DNA of 64,000 nucleotides from an uncultured Gammaproteobacteria bacterium (GTDB lineage Bacteria; Patescibacteriota; Patescibacteriia; UBA11705; DATKZF01): NCBI GenBank assembly GCA_964411255.1, contig CAYPKD010000002.1, positions 34,100 to 98,099 of the forward strand, read 5' to 3'. Shown piece by piece: positions 55,786 to 64,000 of this stretch (position 1 is its first letter; each line of letters starts with the position of its first letter). The notes under the pieces were generated by a model. It saw only the letters and a program-made list of their open reading frames with translations, ran no database searches and was not told where the DNA came from. The position numbers and the translations under genes were made by a program.

Positions 55786-55950
55786 CGAATAAGAGATCCA
55801 CAGTCAAGCTGAGGATGACGTTATGGGCAGGACGAAGTCACAACACCGATACTGATCGTCATTCCTGATTTTTATTGAAGTTTATAAATAATTATCAATT
55901 CTCTTTCAGCCGACTTAAGTCGTCATTCCCGACCCCGATCGGGAATCTCA
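55786..55950. repeat. direct repeat copy B with ~65-nt insertion
   Basis: See copy A. Confidence 0.65.
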
Positions 55951-56052
55951 TTAATAGTTGCCGGCTTAGTCAGATAAGGGTGCTCCGGTACCTTTCTTGA
56001 TTTTTAAAAACATTTCTGATATTATAATTTGATATAGAAAAAGGAGGTCAAA

Positions 56053-56901
56053 GTGGTAGACAAAGAACCTGATAGCTCTTTTCAAAAAAGCGGTTTGCCA
56101 GAAATAGGCATTCCACAAAGGCCAAGAGACGGGCCAATAAATGATGAAGAAATAAATAAAAGATTTAAGATGTGGCTTGATAGTGTACTGCATTATCATA
56201 TCAATCAGTATTTTGATAATTATTTTATAAGCTGGATAAAAGTTCTAATTCAGGTATTGAATAATGAAAAGGTGAAAAAGCTACTGTCATATATTGATGA
56301 TTTATATTTAAGAGCGGGAAAACAGCAGCCTGGTATTATTGTTGGAAATTATTTGGATCACACATTAATTCTTAATCCTTCAAATCTTCAGGCAGAAGAT
56401 GACTTATCAAAGCTGTCTGATTTAATTAAACAGAATCCAATATTAATTTTAGCAATGATGATGGAATTTGATGAATTAATTTTGTATATTCTGACAAATA
56501 ATAATATATCAAGCCATCTCAAAGACTGTTGGCCGCATATATTACTGCGTTTTATTGAAGTGGTACGAGAATTTGAAAATGATAAAGCAGTCACAAACTT
56601 CAAAATTTCAGAAGCATTGATGAGCAGTAAAAAAGTAAATGGCTCATGGCCTGGATTTCTGATTGTTAAAAATGAATCTATGGCCATTTACTACAGATGG
56701 CATAGGGTAGCTGTTCATTTCCACGACCAAAAAGTCATTTTTTCGACCGATACAATTATTGAAGATGAGCTTGAGGCTTTTTCTAAATCAACGCTTGACG
56801 CAGCGCCATATACTTGGTTTTATTTGCCAATGAGCATGGCTGAATTAAAGAGTATGTTGGTTGAAAATAATTCGCAGTCGAATATTTTCAGAATCAAATA
56901 A
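56053..56901 (+). CDS. hypothetical protein (GTG start)
   Basis: RBS aaaaggaggtcaaa GTG. Confidence 0.5.
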   Translation: MVDKEPDSSFQKSGLPEIGIPQRPRDGPINDEEINKRFKMWLDSVLHYHINQYFDNYFISWIKVLIQVLNNEKVKKLLSYIDDLYLRAGKQQPGIIVGNYLDHTLILNPSNLQAEDDLSKLSDLIKQNPILILAMMMEFDELILYILTNNNISSHLKDCWPHILLRFIEVVREFENDKAVTNFKISEALMSSKKVNGSWPGFLIVKNESMAIYYRWHRVAVHFHDQKVIFSTDTIIEDELEAFSKSTLDAAPYTWFYLPMSMAELKSMLVENNSQSNIFRIK

Positions 56902-57060
56902 GGTCTTTCATAAAAATGGAAGGCTTTTTTTATAGAGGGTGATGAGATAAAGAGTCAATTTTGTGTTTTTAAAATATTTTGGTAATATAGATTAACATAG
57001 ATCATGTATCATGGATCACGTATCATTGCTCCATGTTTCATGCTCCATGTTCCATGAATT

Positions 57061-59616
57061 ATGCCCGAAACTCCAATGATAAAACAATATAAGGAGATTA
57101 AGAAAAAGAATGAGGATTCAATCCTGTTTTTTAGATTAGGAGATTTTTATGAAATGTTTGGTCCAGATGCTATTGAGGCATCAAAGATTTTAAATATAAC
57201 TTTAACAGCCAGAAATAAGGGTACTGATAATGAAACACCAATGTGCGGCGTGCCATATCACGCAGTGGACGGCTATTTGTCAAAATTAACCAAAGCTGGG
57301 AAAAAGGTTGCCATTTGCGATCAGACTTCAGATCCAAGCCTGCCAGGAATTGTTAAACGAGAAGTTGTCAGGGTGGTTACACCTGGCACAACGCTGGATG
57401 ATAATATTTTAGACAATAAAGAAAATAATTATTTGGTTGCCTTGGCTTATTTGAAAAAAATATGGGGTATGGCAGTATGCGATTTAACCACTGGAGAATT
57501 TAAGGTTAATGAATTTGATAATTTTGACCTTTTGCAAAATGAATTATTCAGACTGAATCCGTCAGAAGTTATTGTTACACCAAGCTTAAATAATAATTCT
57601 GATTATCAGTCTTTTTTTAATAAATTAAAAAATTTAAACCCTTTTCAAATACCCAATTTTGAAAATCCAAATGAATTTTTGATTAAACATTTTAATGTAA
57701 AAAGTTTGGCCAGTTTTGGCATTGAAAGCCTGGAAACTGGAATTATCGCTGCAGCAAATATTTTAGGATATCTAATCGAAACTCAGAAAACAAATTTAGA
57801 ACACATTACTGGCATTGCTTTGTATAACTTGGCAGATTATATGATTTTAGATGAGGCAACTATTAGAAATTTAGAATTGTACGGTACAGCGCAGGATTTT
57901 GAATATCAAGGCAGTTTATTATCAGTTATTGACCATACAAGTACAGCTATGGGCGGCCGCATGCTTGGCCAGTGGTTACGATATCCTTTATTGGCAAAAG
58001 ATAAAATTGAGCAACGACATCAAGCAGTAGAAGAATTGACTAAAGATATTTCCAAACAGGATAAATTTAGACAAACCTTAAAAAATGTTTCTGACCTTGA
58101 ACGGCTTTTGGGAAGAATTGGCTGCCAGCGGACAAATGCCCGTGATTTAGTTGCTTTGAAAAATAGTTTGCGCCAGGTGCCAAAGTTAAAGCAGATGCTG
58201 GCTGATTCAAAAGCAGAACTGATGCAAAATATTTATGAGAATTTTGATGAACATTTAGATCTGGTATATTTTTTAGAAGAAGCAATAATTGACGATCCGC
58301 CAGCAATAACTACTGAAGGCGGTATGATCAAAGAGGGGTTTAATAAAGAATTAGATGAACTGCGCTCAATTTCAGACAATGCCAAAGATTGGATAAACAA
58401 GATGCAGCAAAAGGAAATTGAAAATACAGGCATTAATACTTTAAAAATTAAATATAACAGAGTGTTTGGTTATTATATTGAAGTTAGTAAAGCAAACCTT
58501 AAATCTGTCCCTGAAAGCTATACGCGAAAACAAACTCTTGTTAATTCTGAAAGATTTATTACGCCTGAATTAAAAGAATATGAAGAAAAAGTTTTAGGTG
58601 CTGAGGAAAAAATAAAGCAATTAGAGCAAGAGCTTTTTGAGCAAGCCAGAGCAAAGGTGATAGAGTTTTTTCCACAAATAAAACAAACAGCAACTTTGAT
58701 AGCCACTTTTGATGCACTATTAAGTTTTGCAGTTCTGGCTGTTAAGGAAAATTATATTCGTCCGAAAATATGTACAAAAAAAGTAATTGATATAAAAGAT
58801 GGCCGTCATCCAGTAATTGAAAAATTCATAGATGAGTCTTTTATTCCAAATGATTCGTATTTAGATCATCAAAATCATGAGTTAATTTTATTAACCGGCC
58901 CGAACATGAGCGGTAAATCAAGCTATCTGCGCCAGGTGGCTTTAATTGTGTTGCTAGCCCAGATGGGAAGCTTTGTTCCTGCAGCTGAAGCAAAAATAGG
59001 TTTAGTTGACCGAATTTTTACCAGAGTCGGCGCCTCAGATAATCTAATACGCGGCCGGTCAACCTTTATGGTTGAAATGGAAGAGGCGGCAAATATTTTA
59101 AATAATGCCACAAAAAAGAGTTTAATTATACTTGACGAACTGGGCAGGGGAACATCCACTTACGATGGCGTGGGGATTGCCTGGGCAATTGTTGAATATA
59201 TTCATAACAATGTAGGAGCATATACATTATTTGCCACTCACTATCATGAATTAATTGAAGTGATTGAAAATTTGAAAAAAGCGCAGAATTATTCTGTGGC
59301 TGTGACCGAGGACAATGGCAAGGTTGTGTTTTTACGAAAAGTATTAAAGGGCGGAGTGAATAAAAGTTATGGAATTGAGGTGGCAAAACTTGCTGGATTG
59401 CCAGATGATATTATTGACCGGGCAAATGAGGTTTTAGATAAACTGGAAAAAGACAGGGAAGTGGATATTATTAAAAATACAGAGCAGGGAGAATTGCGTT
59501 TAGCACCTAAGGTTGAATCTCAAATTGAAAAAGACATTGAAGAACTGGATTTGGAAAATTTAACGCCAATTGAGGCTTTGCAGAAATTAGAGCAATATAA
59601 AAAGAAATTGAAATAA
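57061..59616 (+). CDS. mutS: DNA mismatch repair protein MutS
   Basis: MIKQYKEIK, GDFYEMFG, GPNMSGKS Walker A, DELGRGTSTYDG. Confidence 0.93.
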   Translation: MPETPMIKQYKEIKKKNEDSILFFRLGDFYEMFGPDAIEASKILNITLTARNKGTDNETPMCGVPYHAVDGYLSKLTKAGKKVAICDQTSDPSLPGIVKREVVRVVTPGTTLDDNILDNKENNYLVALAYLKKIWGMAVCDLTTGEFKVNEFDNFDLLQNELFRLNPSEVIVTPSLNNNSDYQSFFNKLKNLNPFQIPNFENPNEFLIKHFNVKSLASFGIESLETGIIAAANILGYLIETQKTNLEHITGIALYNLADYMILDEATIRNLELYGTAQDFEYQGSLLSVIDHTSTAMGGRMLGQWLRYPLLAKDKIEQRHQAVEELTKDISKQDKFRQTLKNVSDLERLLGRIGCQRTNARDLVALKNSLRQVPKLKQMLADSKAELMQNIYENFDEHLDLVYFLEEAIIDDPPAITTEGGMIKEGFNKELDELRSISDNAKDWINKMQQKEIENTGINTLKIKYNRVFGYYIEVSKANLKSVPESYTRKQTLVNSERFITPELKEYEEKVLGAEEKIKQLEQELFEQARAKVIEFFPQIKQTATLIATFDALLSFAVLAVKENYIRPKICTKKVIDIKDGRHPVIEKFIDESFIPNDSYLDHQNHELILLTGPNMSGKSSYLRQVALIVLLAQMGSFVPAAEAKIGLVDRIFTRVGASDNLIRGRSTFMVEMEEAANILNNATKKSLIILDELGRGTSTYDGVGIAWAIVEYIHNNVGAYTLFATHYHELIEVIENLKKAQNYSVAVTEDNGKVVFLRKVLKGGVNKSYGIEVAKLAGLPDDIIDRANEVLDKLEKDREVDIIKNTEQGELRLAPKVESQIEKDIEELDLENLTPIEALQKLEQYKKKLK

Positions 59617-59630
59617 ATTTGGCTGGCGCG

Positions 59631-59715
59631 GGTCTGGTAACGACGAATTCGAATTCGTCGTTACCAGACCGTAGGGACAGAATAGTATTCTGTCCCTACA
59701 TCCCCGGACGGGGAT
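59631..59715. repeat. composite palindrome cluster: 40-nt perfect palindrome + REP gtagggacagaatagtattctgtccctac + ccccggacgggg
   Basis: BIME-like; mirrors cluster at 61392-61505. Confidence 0.7.
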
Positions 59716-59772
59716 TGCGCCCTGCCATTTTTACCCAAATTTACACAATTTTTTAATATTAATTACAACCTA

Positions 59773-59801
59773 TTGACAAAGTTAATAATAATTGATATAA
59801 T
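59773..59801 (+). promoter_or_regulatory. consensus sigma70-type promoter ttgaca-17-tataat inside mutS-mutL spacer
   Basis: ttgacaaagttaataataattgatataat. Confidence 0.5.
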
Positions 59802-61390
59802 GTTTTATACTGATCTTTGAATTACAGTTTCTGCGGAAAAGGGAATTGGGCTATCGATTTAAGGACCCTTTAAGAATTATATGTTAAGGCTTGTTTAGCT
59901 TCGGCTGGACAGGTGACAAAGCGCTACGGTTTGTTTCGTTTCGGCGGGATGATCCAAGGGCGCTGGCCCCACCCTTTTTCGCAGAATTTCTTTACAATAC
60001 AGTTCCTGCGGGCGGGCATTGTTGCCCCACCCTTTGATCGCGAGGAAAAGTGAAGCTCTCATCTGCCAGCATTGTGTTCGGTGGGGAGGGTAAATTGATC
60101 TCGCAACATTGCTGGGGCGTGTTAATAAACTCGTCCCGCAGGATTTCCTTACAATACAGTTCCTGCGGAAAGTTGGCGGGCAGACCCTCACTCACGGAAA
60201 GTTGATTGGCCGGATGATCCTCATTTGGTTATCCTTTGCTGACCGTAAAATGGTGTCTTTCCGGCGTCAGGTGTTCTTTGTTTGCCGTAAAAACGGTTTT
60301 TTTCCGTAGGGATCCTTTGTTGGCAACTCCTTTGGAGTTCCCATAGTGGACTCATATTGTCACAAGGCTTCGGATATTTCTGAATGCATGGACCTGCTAG
60401 GCTGATAGCCGGGGCAGAAGTGCATGCGGTGTAATCATTTAATATGATTACGGGTTTCTGTGACAAATATAGCATTTTCATGTGCTGTGAGTCCACACCT
60501 TTTTGATGGCATCGCCTCCCTCTGGGATCAAGGCGATTACCATAGGGGGCTTCTGGCAGTCCCTAAAGTAAAGCCGTTCAGTCGCCTTTTGCGACTGAAC
60601 AGAGGAGTCGCCTTCGATTGCGACTCCCAGGCTAAGATACCAGAGCAGGGACCTATGCTTTGGAGTAAAATTCAGAAGGTGTGGCAGCCTTCCTGGAGAT
60701 GAGCATTGGTTTTTTTAAGCTCATTCATGCCAAGACCGTTAACGTGCCATCAGCGTGGTCTTTTGAATGGAGGTTCACATTCAAAAGACCAACCTTGTTT
60801 TGTATCAGATTCAGGCACTGCCAGTCAGTGTTTATGAATCTGTATTTGATTCCCAGGCGATCACGCTTTTACAAGCGGTTATGAGCCTGTTTGAACATAG
60901 AGGCGTTTCTTCAATAGAAGCGCCTCTTACTTTTGAAAATATTGACAAAATAGTCAGTAATTGTTATTTTAAATACGCTGCTGCTTGCAGCGTTCTCATG
61001 ATGCTGGCGTGATGTTCTGTCGCTCATCACGCTGAAAAGGGGGCTTGGCACCCCTTGGCTGGTTTTTTGGGTGGATTTCGGCCAGGGTCTTCTCCAGGCC
61101 CGTAAGCCAAGATACCAGAGCAGGAGCCTATGCTCTGGATTGAAATTCAGAGAGATTGGCAATCTTTCTGAAGGCCCTGCAGTTTCGGCTGCTTGTGCTC
61201 TATGCCAAGAAAAGCCCATGGTGGATCATGTTTGGGCGTTTGCAGGTGGGATTAAACATGATTGCTCCGAAATATGCCTCTATGGTGCAGGCTCGCATTC
61301 AAGAGGCAACTAAAATTACGCGCCATGCGCGTTCACATTTTATAAAGCGTTTTCCTCAGTGGAAAACGTTTTTTCTTTCTAAATTTTATT
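59802..61390 (+). ncRNA. candidate large structured noncoding region (class unknown), ~50 percent GC in a ~33 percent GC genome
   Basis: No ORF with genome-typical composition; repeated hairpins at 59978-60011 and 60147-60168; ~75-nt duplicated hairpin segments at 60630 and 61100; terminator-like 61045-61075. Confidence 0.35.
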
Positions 61391-61391
61391 G

Positions 61392-61505
61392 CAGCAGGGC
61401 GTGAACGCGTGTATAATGCACGCGTTTGTAGGGACAGGTCGCGACCTGTCCCTACGCCCGGAAACGGCGAATTCTAATTCTCCGTTTCCGGGCCTCGCCC
61501 TGCTG
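61392..61505. repeat. composite palindrome cluster bracketed by cagcagggcg/cgccctgctg: aacgcgtgtataatgcacgcgtt + REP gtagggacaggtcgcgacctgtccctac + cccggaaacggcgaattctaattctccgtttccggg
   Basis: Direct inspection. Confidence 0.7.
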
Positions 61506-61551
61506 TATTCCTTTTTGCATTTCAATAATTTTATGATAAGCTATTTACACT

Positions 61552-63414
61552 ATGGCAAAGATAAAAATACTTCCACAAGACATTATTAACCAAATAGCTG
61601 CCGGAGAGGTGATAGAACGACCTGCTTCAGTTGTTAAGGAATTGGTTGAAAACAGCCTGGATGCTGGAGCTGATAATATTGAAATTGAAATAAAAAACGG
61701 TGGCATTAATTTGATAAGGGTTTCAGACAATGGCCATGGAATGGGTGAACAAGATGCAAAATTAAGTATTGCTCAGCATGCTACAAGCAAAATTGACCGA
61801 ATAAATGATTTATTCAGTATCAATAGCTTTGGTTTTCGAGGAGAGGCTTTGGCCAGTATTGCTTCAGTAAGTAAATTTACTTTGCAGACGAAAGACCAGG
61901 ATTCTCTGTCAGGAGCGGAAATTTCTAACGCATCTGGCCAGTTTGCAGAAAATCAAACTGCCTGCCCTCAGGGTACAATTGTGAAAATTGAGGATTTGTT
62001 TTATAATGTTCCAGCCAGAAAAAAGTATTTAAAAACGGCTAATACTGAATATAACCATATTTTAGAATTGTTTATTCGGTTTGCCTTAATTCATGGCAAG
62101 ATAAACTGGAAACTAACTCATAATAATAAAGTCATTTTTCATCTGCCTAAGACTGATAAATGGCTGGATAGAATTGAGTTGCTGCTAGGCGAAAGAGTGG
62201 CGTCAAATTTGCTTGGACTAAGAGTAAATTTAGTAGATGTGGAGTTTATTGGATATATTGGAAAGCCTCAGATTGCATCAAAATCCAGGCAGCATCAATA
62301 TTTATATGTAAATAAGCGGCCAGTGAACGAATATGTTATTTCTAAAAGCGTAAAAGACGCTTTTCAAACATTGATTCCAAAAGATCATTACCCAGCCTTT
62401 ATTATGAATTTGAATATTGATCCATATAAAATTGATGTTAATGCTCATCCCAGAAAACTTGAAGTAAGATTTTCAGAACCGCAAATTATTTATCGCAGCA
62501 CTTATCGGGCAATTAGCGCAACCTTGGATAAAAATAATTTGGTAAAGACCATTCAGACGCCAATTGATTCAGAGCAGGCTGAAACAGTGCAGGAAAAAAC
62601 CGGCTTCTCTGACATAAAAAGCGCAATCCAAACAAAACAAAAGGATTTTAAAAAAACACCACAAGCCGGACAAATAAAAAAAGCAGTTGATTTTAACCAT
62701 TCAATGTATGCCTTGCCCAAAAATGCAAAGAAAATTACTGAAGGCCAAAAAGTTGATGTTCAAATTGATGCTGAGACAGAAGTTAAACTGAGGCCAGTAG
62801 AATTTGCTCAGGAAAAAATTGAATTGGTAAAAGAGCAAATAGATTGGAAAATTATTGGACAAATTAAAAATTCTTATATTATAGTAGAAACAGGGGAGGG
62901 TATAAAAATAATCGATCAGCATGCTGCTTCTGAGAGAATTCAATTTGAAAAAATAAAAAAACAGTTTGAAACTGAAAAAATAAATTCACAAAAATTGCTT
63001 TTACCTCAAACTATTGATTTATCTGTGGTGGAAATGGGGAAGATACAAAATTTAAAAATCGTTTTAGAAAAATTAGGATTTTCAATTGATGTTTTTGGTG
63101 AAAAAACTATTAAGTTAAATTCCGTGCCGTCAATGCTGAAAGATAAGGATATTCAAAATACATTTTTGGAGATTTTGACTGAATTGGACGCGCAAATTGA
63201 TTCGGATGAATTAACTGAACCAACAAAAAAAGTTTTAAATATAATGTCGTGTCGGTCTGCTATAAAATTTGGCGATGATCTTTCACTGGAAGAGATGAAA
63301 GCCTTAATTAAACAGCTTCGCTCTTTGGAAAATCAATACACCTGCGTTCATGGTCGGCCAGCTGTAATTGACATGAATTATAATGAACTGGAGAAACTCT
63401 TCAGTCGAAAATAA
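61552..63414 (+). CDS. mutL: DNA mismatch repair protein MutL
   Basis: INQIAAGEVIERPASVVKELVENSLDAGA, DNGHGM GHKL ATPase motifs. Confidence 0.92.
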   Translation: MAKIKILPQDIINQIAAGEVIERPASVVKELVENSLDAGADNIEIEIKNGGINLIRVSDNGHGMGEQDAKLSIAQHATSKIDRINDLFSINSFGFRGEALASIASVSKFTLQTKDQDSLSGAEISNASGQFAENQTACPQGTIVKIEDLFYNVPARKKYLKTANTEYNHILELFIRFALIHGKINWKLTHNNKVIFHLPKTDKWLDRIELLLGERVASNLLGLRVNLVDVEFIGYIGKPQIASKSRQHQYLYVNKRPVNEYVISKSVKDAFQTLIPKDHYPAFIMNLNIDPYKIDVNAHPRKLEVRFSEPQIIYRSTYRAISATLDKNNLVKTIQTPIDSEQAETVQEKTGFSDIKSAIQTKQKDFKKTPQAGQIKKAVDFNHSMYALPKNAKKITEGQKVDVQIDAETEVKLRPVEFAQEKIELVKEQIDWKIIGQIKNSYIIVETGEGIKIIDQHAASERIQFEKIKKQFETEKINSQKLLLPQTIDLSVVEMGKIQNLKIVLEKLGFSIDVFGEKTIKLNSVPSMLKDKDIQNTFLEILTELDAQIDSDELTEPTKKVLNIMSCRSAIKFGDDLSLEEMKALIKQLRSLENQYTCVHGRPAVIDMNYNELEKLFSRK

Positions 63415-63502
63415 CAATGAAATCAGAAATTAGGGATTGAATAGATCATTATGAATTTCTAATTTCTGGTTTCTGATTTTTGCAATAAGAGGGGGCTGCT
63501 GA

Positions 63503-64000
63503 TGAAAACATTAAGTAACACTGGTTTTGCTGTTAGTAGTGAAATAGTTAGGCCTGTTTTGTTTTATACATTAGATAAGTGGACTCGCAGACTAATGATT
63601 TTTGGAAATTTTTTTTCATCAGAAATTCAATATCAGTATGCTATGGGTTTGCTGGAGACAATGATTGAGGATGAGCTAAAGCAGGTTCTTAAAGGCGTTG
63701 TTGTGCCAGGCAGGGTAGAAGCAGTAAAAAGAAAAATTAGAAATGCTGCAACATTTACGGGTCAGAAACAAGAATGGCATGTGTTTGGGAAAATTCGTGA
63801 ATTAAAAAGGCAGATTCTAAAAGCTGTCTGCAAAGATGAAGATCTTTATCATTTTTATTCTCCACGTCACCGAGATATTTTTTGGCAGTCTTTTGCAAAT
63901 GCTAATCAGTTTAGAAGGCTTATTGGATTGCTCGTTGTATCCAGGCATATTCAATTCACCCAAGCTGAACGTATTCGTTTCTCAGCAAATCTTAGCAAGA
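63503..64000 (+). CDS. hypothetical protein, 3' end beyond window
   Basis: RBS aagaggggg then ATG; open to window end. Confidence 0.45.

Noticed and set aside
59823-60168. Possible CRISPR array (repeated acagtt(c/t)ctgcgg-containing units)
   Set aside because: Only three copies, spaced ~165 nt (far longer than CRISPR spacers), repeats are imperfect hairpins and no cas genes nearby.
60460-61404. Small ORFs inside the mutS-mutL spacer (e.g. 60767..61012, 61156..61404)
   Set aside because: Amino-acid composition and codon usage are unlike the K/I/N/E-rich genes of this genome; overlapping ORFs on both strands are typical of GC-rich noncoding DNA.
59617-61551. rRNA, tmRNA or RNase P RNA hidden in the GC-rich spacer
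   Set aside because: None of the universal motifs was found: 16S GTGCCAGCMGCCGCGGTAA or TGTACACACCGCCCGTC, 23S sarcin-ricin, tmRNA ALAA tag frame, RNase P GGAAAGUCCGGGCUCC.

Overview
This window is AT-rich (about one-third GC) and tightly packed. The streamlined housekeeping core and the many small secreted or membrane proteins look like a CPR/Patescibacteria-type genome, though that is inference.

Recognisable core genes: ackA, murJ, an MTA/purine nucleoside phosphorylase, lepA, recJ, rnhA, a nitroreductase, pilM plus a pilin, two TPR proteins, a D-Ala-D-Ala carboxypeptidase, mnmA, a short alaS, mutS and mutL.

Around this core the window has an unusual amount of repeat-structured accessory content:
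- Two arrays (19.9-21.5 kb and 29.4-31.5 kb) together hold eight stand-alone mini-genes. Each has a near-identical ~85-bp promoter/leader/SD module and one of two stereotyped terminators, but each encodes an unrelated small protein. The arrays bracket an island of small reverse-strand genes that includes a HEPN-motif protein.
- A six-member paralog family carries a nucleotide-conserved MIT-like N-terminal module followed by divergent LPX/LRR-like repeat C-termini. Four members sit directly downstream of a MoxR-type AAA+ ATPase and a vWA protein with an HExxH motif.
- A 1.9-kb noncoding segment between mutS and mutL is GC-rich (roughly 50 percent). It has its own consensus promoter and internal hairpin repeats, and is bounded by composite REP-like palindrome clusters.
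- An IS200-like Y1 (RAYT-type) transposase is present, with REP copies at four sites including one in-frame inside the transposase gene itself.
- Three '23S-IVS-type' four-helix-bundle genes each sit in an intergenic slot flanked by short repeats.
- Two GIY-YIG genes flank alaS, each bracketed by long hairpin-containing direct repeats.
- Cys-rich DxDxDG-motif secreted proteins share an identical terminator.
- Several dispersed short repeat families occur in 5' leaders.

No rRNA, tRNA or CRISPR array was recognised.
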